Origin: Perkinsela sp. CCAP 1560/9
Lineage: Eukaryota > Protista > Euglenozoa: Kinetoplastea
Direction of reading: 5' to 3'
Assembly (NCBI GenBank): GCA_965644495.1
Contig: CBFFSA010000016.1
Location: 124,001 to 188,000, forward strand
DNA: 64,000 bases
Under the pieces are notes generated by a model. It was not told where the DNA came from and made no database searches. It was given only the letters and a program-made list of their open reading frames with translations. Shown here one piece after another: positions 44,164 to 54,440 of this stretch (positions within the stretch are counted from its first letter, which is position 1; each line of letters opens with the position of its first letter). The position numbers were made by a program, and so were the translations under genes.

Positions 44164-45491
44164 CGGGTAGGGGGGACCTTCGATGAAGCTTCATCGAAAG
44201 TGTACAACTTTCGATGAAGCACATTGAAAGTTGTACACTTTCGATGAATCTTCATCGAAGGTGTTTTTGACTTTTTTTTATTTTTTCAAATCTTCACGCA
44301 AATGTTTTTCGCGGATCTATATAGACATTTTGACTTTTTTGGTGCTTCATCGAAGTGTTTTGTGAAGGCTCGTAGAGGAATTTCACCGTTTCTTCAGTTT
44401 ATCTTCATCGAAGAGTTTTTGACTGATCCATATACATATTTTGAGCGACAATCCTGCGGAAGGGGTAAACACAGGATTTTCGTTGAGTACTCAACGAAGT
44501 GCCGGATATTCGTTGAGTTCTCAACGAACGGAAATTTACGGTGGAAGTCAAGGACTTTTGTGGAACACCCAAGATTTTTTTTTGATTTTCCTTTTCCGTG
44601 CGTTCAGTATCCTACACTTCACTACATACGTTGACAACGCCTCCGTAGCGAAAACTACGAAATTCAGTGAGCTTCGCAAATTGCTTCCCACTAACGACGC
44701 ACAGGGGAATCCTACGCGGGGTACGGCTCAGGCCCGCTCACGCGGGCCCTCGCCGTTTCGCGGCCGCGCGCACCCCCGCTCACGCGGGGGCCCCCGCGCG
44801 GCCAAAATGGGTACTAAAATTTGTTATCAAGGTAGCTGGGCTTCGCAAATTGCTTCCCACGAATCTAGAGAGAAGCACACGTACAATAATCTTTAACGAT
44901 AAAGATACAGTTTCTGTACCTTGTTGATTATTTACTTTTTTTACCTTTCATGGGAGTGTTCACACGCTCCAAAGCAAAAGAATCAGGAGTAGCTCCTGAG
45001 ATTTTGCCGCTCCCTCGTGCCCGATGGAAAAAGAAGGCCGTGATGCCAACTCATCCGCCCGCCGTGCTAATATACACCACCTCCGCATGGAGCGCGCGGG
45101 TCGCCAAAAAATATAATTATGTCCCAGGGCTACGCTCACAGTTGGGCCTTGCTCGCAAAGGGGGGCTTTTGCCTCCAGAAGCGGGCTACGCTCACAGTTG
45201 GGCCTTGCTCGCAGACGGGGGCCTTGCTTGCACACTTGGGCTTCGCTGACAGTTGGGCCTTGCCTCCAGACATGTAAACGAGATGGTAATGTTCAAATTC
45301 CCCCCAAAAAAAATCGAGACGAAAAATTCGTGCAGCAGTGCCCGTTGGATGAATGATTCATCGAACGCACTGCCCGTTCGATGAATATTCATCGAACGGG
45401 ACGCCTGGTCATCGAACGGGACGCCGTTCAATGAATATTCATCGAACGCACGGTGCGTTCGATGAATTTTCATCGAATGCCCCCCCTGGCC
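44164..45491 (+). mobile_element. ~1.33-kb TIR-like element carrying an SL-like exon and a 99-aa ORF (second copy 47512-48859)
   Basis: Left end CGGGTAGGGGGGACCTTCGATGAA; right end TTCATCGAATGCCCCCCCTGGCC (imperfect inverted match); subterminal palindrome arrays. Confidence 0.6.
44890..44926 (+). other. Spliced-leader-like exon without an intron
   Basis: Same 37-mer; 23 nt upstream of ATG 44950. Confidence 0.75.
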
Positions 45492-45571
45492 TTTATTACC
45501 TTCGTAGTGACGAATTACAAAATAGCATATTATTTTTTTACAGAATATTTTTCTATTCTTTTTCCTTCTAG

Positions 45572-46300
45572 GTGGGTAGTTTTGTTCGCGAGGAAGAAGG
45601 GAAAAGTATTACCGTAAGTTATCTTTCTGGAAACTACAAGTTGCCGAATCCTAAAGTCAAGTACACACGTATTGAAATTGTTCAAAGTGAACCAGCGATG
45701 CCTGATCGGTTAGAGCAAGCTGTTGACAACACCGAATCAACTCCAAATGATCAAGATGACTTTAAGATTAGAGATGTTCGGACTTGGAACAAATATTTAA
45801 TGACAAACAGCGAATTTGGTGTTGATTTCTTGATTATACGCGTACAAACTGCTCTAGCGCTGCCTTCACCGTTGCCAAACAATTTGCGTCCAATGTGGGA
45901 AGTGCTTGTAGAGTGGATGAACGACATGAAAGGAAGAGGCGGAATCGACCAGGAAAACGTGCCCCAAGTCCGGACTGGACAACGTGCTCTCGACGACCTT
46001 CGTATGCAACAAGGAGTTTATCGTGGTGCGGACCCCAATTACCTCCGAATGATTTATCAAGCTCAAAACGATCCGGAAGACGTCATTGGAAATGGAATAC
46101 ACCACAGTATTAACGTGCAGAAACGTCGACAAGGACCCTACAGTCGGGGAACATCGCGCGGGCTTGGCTACTTTTCACGTTCTCGAGGTCGGAGTCAAGG
46201 GCGAAGCTATGGTACACCAAGTTCAGGCGCAGTTCCCAACGCCAGTAGTGCGTCAGCGTCCTCGGATTTTCCACGAGGGGGCGCTGGCCATCGAATGTGA
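45572..46300 (+). CDS. gag: Element YR-3 Gag-like protein, 5'-truncated (copy 2 at 48940-49668)
   Basis: Homologous to the 61320-62596 protein (VRTW...WE.L..WM...GQ..LD.LR); RG-rich tail instead of a zinc knuckle; followed in frame by a YR N-terminus. Confidence 0.7.
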   Translation: MGSFVREEEGKSITVSYLSGNYKLPNPKVKYTRIEIVQSEPAMPDRLEQAVDNTESTPNDQDDFKIRDVRTWNKYLMTNSEFGVDFLIIRVQTALALPSPLPNNLRPMWEVLVEWMNDMKGRGGIDQENVPQVRTGQRALDDLRMQQGVYRGADPNYLRMIYQAQNDPEDVIGNGIHHSINVQKRRQGPYSRGTSRGLGYFSRSRGRSQGRSYGTPSSGAVPNASSASASSDFPRGGAGHRM

Positions 46301-48257
46301 CTCAAAAGAGTCCACCCCCATATCAGCCAGTTACAAAAAAGCGTAAATCCAAAAGTACGTATTCCGTTTCCAATAAAAATAGCAATACAGAAAAAAATAG
46401 AAAAACAACAAAGCAAGTTAGTAGTAGTGCATTCATTGAAAACAAATCAAGTGGGCAAAGTGCAGAAGACGCAGACAAAAAAAGTCGTCCTCAAACAAAG
46501 TCCCTCAGTAAAAGCAAATTACGAAAGGGCCAGATCAGTAAAACTCAATCGAACAATGACAACAAAATCAAGTACGAATCGCCAGAACCAATCGATACAG
46601 CAAAAATTTTCAAACACGAGCATCCCATCGCATCAGAGACAACAGTGCCCATCTTCGACATCAGGAAGAGTTTCCAAACGTGGTATGATGAAGCTACCCG
46701 AAACATCGGCAAAAAATCATATTACAAAAAATATTTCGGATTACTCATCCGGAAATTATCACCAACCTACAGGGTATGTGGGAAAAATGCACTTGGGACA
46801 CGAGGGCACGATTGGTCTCGGATATGGTACGTCGGAAGTTGCCGTTAACCGACCAGGGCGTAGTCCTATATATAGTACGTATTCATACTACCATCCAGAC
46901 AAAACTGATCTATTTGCGTCACCTAATCGCCATTTTGCGCCGTATGAGACGATCAACTACGCAGACAGAAATGTATTCCAAAACTTTGATCCGCAGGGGG
47001 GCTACCATCCCGGGTCGACAAGCATCCCCTCTTACACGGGCTGCTTTGGAGAAGGTAACACGACAGATGTCCGAGGAAAAGGCTGCTATAGTCCATATTC
47101 GAGCCGATGGCTGTGAAGCGGGACTTCACGTGTGGGTTTTACCAGATTGGTATCCCAAAGAGGGCGAGGCCCAAATTCCGCCTTAGAACGAACAGTGGAG
47201 ACGTGTATGAGATGAACGTCCTCCCGATGGGCCATAGGTGTGCACCGGAGGTTATGCACACGGTTACCGCCGCGATTGCTGGCGAGGCGTCGATTTATTC
47301 TCAGCGCTACTCGTTTCACCGAGGCGCTATCGACGTTTATGTTGACGGAGTTCGGTTTGCAGGAACCGACTCCGAGGCCATCACGTACGCTCAGTTCATT
47401 GACGAGCGTTGCGACAAAGCGAACGGTCTTTTCAAAGATCGGGGTCAGCCCCCTGTAGCACAGTACGTGTTCAATGGGGTGGCGTTCGACCATAACGCGC
47501 ATACGGTCTGCCGGGTAGGGGGGACCTTCGATGAAGCTTCATCGAAAGTGTACAACTTTCGATGAAGCACATTGAAAGTTGTACACTTTCGATGAATCTT
47601 CATCGAAGGTGTTTTTGACTTTTTTTTTATTTTTTCAAATCTTCACGCAAATGTTTTTCGCGGATCTATATAGACATTTTGACTTTTTTGGTGCTTCATC
47701 GAAGTGTTTTGTGAAGGCTCGTAGAGGAATTTCACCGTTTCTTCAGTTTATCTTCATCGAAGAGTTTTTGACTGATCCATATACATATTTTGAGCGACAA
47801 TCCTGCGGAAGGGGTAAACACAGGATTTTCGTTGAGTACTCAACGAAGTGCCGGATATTCGTTGAGTACTCAACGACCGGAAATTTACGGTGGAAATCAA
47901 AGACTTTTGCATAAGTCAAGGACTTTTGTGGAACATCCAAGAATTCTTTTTGATTTCCATTTTCCGTGCGTTCAGTATCCTACACTTCGCTATATACGTT
48001 GACAACGCCTGCGTAGCGAAAACTACGAAATTCAGTGAGCTTCGCAAATTGCTTCCCACTAACGACGCACAGGGGAACCCTACGCGGGGTACGGCTCAGG
48101 CCCGCTCACGCGGGCCCTCGCCGTTTCGCGGCCGCGCGCACCCCCGCTCACGCGGGGGCCCCCGCGCGGCCAAAATGGGTACTAAAATTTGTTATCAAGG
48201 TAGCTGGGCTTCGCAAATTGCTTCCCACGAATCTAGAGAGAAGCACACGTACAATAA

Positions 48258-48294
48258 TCTTTAACGATAAAGATACAGTTTCTGTACCTTGTTG
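48258..48294 (+). other. Spliced-leader-like exon without an intron
   Basis: Same 37-mer; 23 nt upstream of ATG 48318. Confidence 0.75.
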
Positions 48295-49668
48295 ATTATT
48301 TACTTTTTTTACCTTTCATGGGAGTGTTCACACGCTCCAAAGCAAAAGAATCAGGAGTAGCTCCTGAGATTTTGCCGCTCCCTCGTGCCCGATGGAAAAA
48401 GAAGGCCGTGATGCCAACTCATCCGCCCGCCGTGCTAATATACACCACCTCCGCATGGAGCGCGCGGGTCGCCAAAAAATATAATTATGTCCCAGGGCTA
48501 CGCTCACAGTTGGGCCTTGCTCGCAAAGGGGGGCTTTTGCCTCCAGAAGCGGGCTACGCTCACAGTTGGGCCTTGCTCGCAGACGGGGGCCTTGCTTGCA
48601 CACTTGGGCTTCGCTGACAGTTGGGCCTTGCCTCCAGACATGTAAACGAGATGGTAATGTTCAAATTCCCCCCAAAAAAAATCGAGACGAAAAATTCGTG
48701 CAGCAGTGCCCGTTGGATGAATGATTCATCGAACGCACTGCCCGTTCGATGAATATTCATCGAACGGGACGCCTGGTCATCGAACGGGACGCCGTTCAAT
48801 GAATATTCATCGAACGCACGGTGCGTTCGATGAATTTTCATCGAATGCCCCCCCTGGCCTTTATTACCTTCGTAGTGACGAATTACAAAATAGCATATTA
48901 TTTTTTTACAGAATATTTTTCTATTCTTTTTCCTTCTAGGTGGGTAGTTTTGTTCGCGAGGAAGAAGGGAAAAGTATTACCGTAAGTTATCTTTCTGGAA
49001 ACTACAAGTTGCCGAATCCTAAAGTCAAGTACACACGTATTGAAATTGTTCAAAGTGAACCAGCGATGCCTGATCGGTTAGAGCAAGCTGTTGACAACAC
49101 CGAATCAACTCCAAATGATCAAGATGACTTTAAGATTAGAGATGTTCGGACTTGGAACAAATATTTAATGACAAACAGCGAATTTGGTGTTGATTTCTTG
49201 ATTATACGCGTACAAACTGCTCTAGCGCTGCCTTCACCGTTGCCAAACAATTTGCGTCCAATGTGGGAAGTGCTTGTAGAGTGGATGAACGACATGAAAG
49301 GAAGAGGCGGAATCGACCAGGAAAACGTGCCCCAAGTCCGGACTGGACAACGTGCTCTCGACGACCTTCGTATGCAACAAGGAGTTTATCGTGGTGCGGA
49401 CCCCAATTACCTCCGAATGATTTATCAAGCTCAAAACGATCCGGAAGACGTCATTGGAAATGGAATACACCACAGTATTAATGTGCAGAAACGTCGACAA
49501 GGACCCTACAGTCGGGGAACATCGCGCGGGCTTGGCTACTTTTCACGTTCTCGAGGTCGGAGTCAAGGGCGAAGCTATGGTACACCAAGTTCAGGCGCAG
49601 TTCCCAACGCCAGTAGTGCGTCAGCGTCCTCGGATTTTCCACGAGGGGGCGCTGGCCATCGAATGTGA

Positions 49669-50466
49669 CTCAAAAGAGTCCACCCCCATATCAGCCAGTT
49701 ACAAAAAAGCGTAAATCCAAAAGTACGTATTCCGTTTCCAATAAAAATAGCAATACAGAAAAAAATAGAAAAACAACAAAGCAAGTTAGTAGTAGTGCAT
49801 TCATTGAAAACAAATCAAGTGGGCAAAGTGCAGAAGACGCAGACAAAAAAAGTCGTCCTCAAACAAAGTCCCTCAGTAAAAGCAAATTACGAAAGGGCCA
49901 GATCAGTAAAACTCAATCGAACAATGACAACAAAATCAAGTACGAATCGCCAGAACCAATCGATACAGCAAAAATTTTCAAACACGAGCATCCCATCGCA
50001 TCAGAGACAACAGTGCCCATCTTCGACATCAGGAAGAGTTTCCAAACGTGGTATGATGAAGCTACCCGAAACATCGGCAAAATACATATTACAAAAAATA
50101 TTTCGGATTACTCATCCGGAAATTATCACCAACCTACAGGGTATGTGGGAAAAATGCACTTGGGACACGAGGGCACGATTGGTCTCGGATATGGTACGTC
50201 GGAAGTTGCCGTTAACCGACCAGGGCGTAGTCCTATATATAGTACGTATTCATACTACCATCCAGACAAAACTGATCTATTTGCGTCACCTAATCGCCAT
50301 TTTGCGCCGTATGAGACGATCAACTACGCAGACAGAAATGTATTCCAAAACTTTGATCCGCAGGGGGGCTACCATCCCGGGTCGACAAGCATCCCCTCTT
50401 ACACGGGCTGCTTTGGAGAAGGTAACACGACAGATGTCCGAGGAAAAGGCTGCTATAGTCCATATT
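49669..50466 (+). pseudogene. YR-3 recombinase N-terminal part, truncated by the array junction (copy 1 at 46301-47099 has a frameshift near 46715)
   Basis: GMWEKCTWDTRARL...YSKTLIRRGATIPGRQASPLT aligns with MWSNATWQSRARL...YIKSLLAEGATEPVRQMKPLT. Confidence 0.8.
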
Positions 50467-50878
50467 CGAGCCGATGGCTGTGAAGCGGGACTTCACGTGT
50501 GGGTTTTACCAGATTGGTATCCCAAAGAGGGCGAGGCCCAAATTCCGCCTTAGAACGAACAGTGGAGACGTGTATGAGATGAACGTCCTCCCGATGGGCC
50601 ATAGGTGTGCACCGGAGGTTATGCACACGGTTACCGCCGCGATTGCTGGCGAGGCGTCGATTTATTCTCAGCGCTACTCGTTTCACCGAGGCGCTATCGA
50701 CGTTTATGTTGACGGAGTTCGGTTTGCAGGAACCGACTCCGAGGCCATCACGTACGCTCAGTTCATTGACGAGCGTTGCGACAAAGCGAACGGTCTTTTC
50801 AAAGATCGGGGTCAGCCCCCTGTAGCACAGTACGTGTTCAATGGGGTGGCGTTCGACCATAACGCGCATACGGTCTGC

Positions 50879-51546
50879 CGGGTAGGGGGGACCTTCGATG
50901 AAGCTTCATCGAAAGTGTACAACTTTCGATGAAGCACATTGAAAGTTGTACACTTTCGATGAATCTTCATCGAAGGTGTTTTTGACTTTTTTTTTATTTT
51001 TTCAAATCTTCACGCAAATGTTTTTCGCGGATCTATATAGACATTTTGACTTTTTTGGTGCTTCATCGAAGTGTTTTGTGAAGGCTCGTAGAGGAATTTC
51101 ACCGTTTCTTCAGTTTATCTTCATCGAAGAGTTTTTGACTGATCCATATACATATTTTGAGCGACAATCCTGCGGAAGGGGTAAACACAGGATTTTCGTT
51201 GAGTACTCAACGAAGTGCCGGATATTCGTTGAGTACTCAACGACCGGAAATTTACGGTGGAAATCAAAGACTTTTGCATAAGTCAAGGACTTTTGTGGAA
51301 CATCCAAGAATTCTTTTTGATTTCCATTTTCCGTGCGTTCAGTATCCTACACTTCGCTATATACGTTGACAACGCCTGCGTAGCGAAAACTACGAAATTC
51401 AGTGAGCTTCGCAAATTGCTTCCCACTAACGACGCACAGGGGAACCCTACGCGGGGTACGGCTCAGGCCCGCTCACGCGGGCCCTCGCCGTTTCGCGAAA
51501 GTGTACAACTTTCGATGAAGATTCATCGAAGGTCCCCCCTAGCCCG
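50879..51546. mobile_element. TIR element with GTCTGC target duplication splitting the YR-5 RT from its RNase H
   Basis: GTCTGC|CGGGTAGGGGGGACCTTCGATGAA ... TTCATCGAAGGTCCCCCCTAGCCCG|GTCTGC. Confidence 0.85.
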
Positions 51547-52320
51547 GTCTGCCTGGGACCGCGAGTGATTAGGAAACTGCGAGCTGACTCTTTCTTCAAC
51601 ATTTCTTTTGTTGACCTAGAGGCGGTGGTGGGGCGCCTCATTTATGGCTCCGCAGTTCTCCGACTCAATATGCCGCGATTTTATTTCGCTTTGAAGGTGG
51701 CGCAACGGCGTATCAACTTGTTGAACCGTCGCCCGAAGTTATGTGACCGTCCGGTCGCACTCCCTGTCGTCACTCGCTCCATGCTAGCAGAGTGGAGAAA
51801 CGAGTTGTTGGAGAATGTTCCACGGTCTCCACCTCCCCATCCCGATGTTGTTCCACACAAGCATCGTCTCTACACCGATGCCTCGGTGAAAGGGTGGGGA
51901 GCGATTATGTATTTAGACAGCGGAGAGGTTTTGATTACGGGAGAGGCGTGGCCTGGGTCATCCTCGTATGAGGTGAATCGTGCGGAAGCTGCAGCAGTCC
52001 GCTTAGCCCTCGAGAAGTTTTCCGCGCATTGCCCCCGTGGAACCTGCTTGGATGTTTTTGTTGACAACACCTCCTGTCAGGCTGCACTGAACAGGAGGAT
52101 CTCCAAGTCAAAGGGGGTTTCAATGGAATTGCGCGAAGTCCTGCGACTGACAGAGGACAAAGGTATTTGTGTCAAGGCAGCGTATATATCCACGGATGAG
52201 AACCCGGCGGATGCTGTCAGTCGCGGGAAGGAGATTGAGATGGAGAAGGTCAAGAGATATGAAGGTAAGATCGAGAGAGACATTAGTGATGTAGACAGTC
52301 ATATTCAGAGAAAACCCTAA
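51547..52320 (+). pseudogene. YR-5 RT C-terminus and RNase H
   Basis: VCLGPRVIRKL, LYTDASVKGWG, VNRAEAAA, FVDNTS, ENPADAVSR; clearly homologous to 39420-40172. Confidence 0.9.
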
Positions 52321-53145
52321 GGGACAGGATCACCAAATACAAAAAAAAAAGACAAGAAAAAAAAAGAAAAAAAACAAAGACAAAAAAAACAAAGACAAAA
52401 AAAAAAAAGTCGAAGGACGGGCCGGTAGAGGCACCTGGGAAAGTCCTCGGGGGTTGATCGTGCTGACGGGGCTAATTCTCGCGCCTCGCTTTTACGAGTG
52501 AGGTTCCCAGTGCGAGGTAAGTGGGTTTCGAAGTTGTTTCCGGACCCGGCGATCTGCACCTTGCTTAGTGATCTTCTTGCGCGAATGACTTGGAGGTCGT
52601 GGGGAAGTGGAAAAGGAGAGGGGGTAGGGGAAAAAGTTAAGCGGAAAACGGGTAAAGGGAAAGTGGGTAAAGGGAAAGTCGTTAACGGGAAAGCGGGTAG
52701 GTGGAAACGCGTTAACGGGAAAAAGTGGGTAAGATACGGGAATGTTAAGAAATGAAGTAGGAAAGTCGTAGTAGTATAAAAGAAAAGTTAGAATTCGTAC
52801 TCTTCCCCCCAATTATTTGCAAAAAAAAAAAAACGGACGGGGTCCTGGGGTTTGGAGGTTGTCCCTATAATTTTGGAAGGTTATGGATGTTAATCGGTTA
52901 ACAGCTCTTTATTCTCACGCCTTGTTTTTTCGGAAGCAAGGTTCCCCAATGTGAGGTAGAGATGAGTAAAGGTTTCCTTTGCTCTGCGGTTAGCGCCTTA
53001 ATGTTTTTTAGCCGCGTCACTGTTGACACGGCCCTACGCATCACGCCTAGTTGCTCCACACTTCTAGGTACACAAGTTGGTCTAGGGCAGAGGTTAAAAG
53101 CGTAACCTGCGTAGCTCGTGTGAGCTTGTAAAGGGCGTGGCAGTG

Positions 53146-54440
53146 GACTGGTCATCTATTGCTATCGTTATCCTTTTGTGAGTTCTGGGATGGTATATGA
53201 AAAATTATTTTACTATGTGATTGGGCATTTCTTTGGTTATTTATATTGATTGTGTGACGTGTGTGTGGGCAGGTTGGCCGAGGGTTCCGGTGGGGGGGAA
53301 TCCCGTTAACAACGTGACACATGATTATTGGTTTTATGCAGGCTTTCTTTTGAACTATGTTTGTGCCTGTGAATTCTATCTATATATCGTATTATGTGTT
53401 CTTTGATTTTGGGACGATTTGGAAGTGTGATTATATTAGTCATAGGTATTTACTTATATTTGTTTGTTACTTATAAGTTTCATGGAGCCCCCTCGGCGTG
53501 GATTTCTAATAGTCCACGTTTTGAAATTTAGCCGAGGGGCTGCTATGTATTTGCCTGCTGGCCCTTCGGGGCACATAGTTTCTTCGAATTATGATTTGTA
53601 TTCAGAATTTTACATGGGATGGGTATTTACTATTATCTTATATATCCTTGTTAGGTTGTTATTTTACTTCGCTTTAAGTTTTTGTGCCCACCCACCAAGC
53701 CCCCAGCCATTTGGCCGAGGGTTCCGGTGGGGGGGAATCCCGTTAACAACGTGACACATGATTATTGATTTTATGCAGGCTTTCTTTTGAACTATGTTTG
53801 TGCATGTGGATTCTATCTATATATCGTATTATGTGTTCTTTGATTTTGGGACGATTTGGAAGTGTGATTATATTAGTCATAGGTATTTACTTATATTTGT
53901 TTGTTACTTATAAGTTTCATGGAGCCCCCTCGGCGTGGATTTCTGTATTAAGATCACTTTTTGTATTAAGATCACTTTTTGTATTAAGATCACTTTTTGT
54001 ATTAAGATCACTTTTTGTATTAAGATCACTTTTTGTATTAAGATCACTTTTTGTATTAAGATCACTTTTTGTATTGAAATCCACGCCGCGGGGCATAAAA
54101 AAATAACATGTATCGAATAGTAAACAAAGAAACAACTAAAATGTATCTGATTGCTCACAAGCCCTATTTCCGAATCTCAAAACATAACATCAACATTAAA
54201 CTGTAAATAATATGTTCTCACGACAATTTTAGGCCTGCAAACATATATGTCACTGTCACTCTGTTAACGGGGTTCCCCCCACCGGAACCCTCGACCAACC
54301 TGCCCGCACACACGTCACACAAAATAAAACCTGTATAAAATTGCCCGGACACATAGTAAATCATATATAGAAAAGAAATCATAATCAAACCTCACTTAGA
54401 GAACTCGTACAAGGATAACGATAGCAATAGATAACCAGTC
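53146..54440. mobile_element. Foldback-like element with long imperfect inverted ends, an internal ~230-bp direct duplication and an 18-bp minisatellite
   Basis: GACTGGTCATCTATTGCTATCGTTATCC (53146) vs its reverse complement ending at 54440; about 53273-53502 repeated at about 53711-53944. Confidence 0.6.
53945..54075. repeat. 18-bp tandem repeat x7 (GTATTAAGATCACTTTTT) between inverted CGGCGTGGATTTC / GAAATCCACGCCG arms
   Basis: Directly visible. Confidence 0.95.

Larger units (their letters stand above)
43752..51497 (+). repeat. Tandem array of a ~3.36-kb composite unit (about 2.3 copies): RT fragment, TIR/palindrome element with SL exon, gag, YR N-terminus
   Basis: Offsets of 3349-3368 between near-identical blocks (e.g. 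44950/48318, 45572/48940, 47107/50474). Confidence 0.95.

Noticed and set aside
53945-54075. 18-bp array, and the palindrome arrays at 35780-35900, as CRISPR
   Set aside because: Head-to-tail repeats without unique spacers, no cas genes, eukaryotic context
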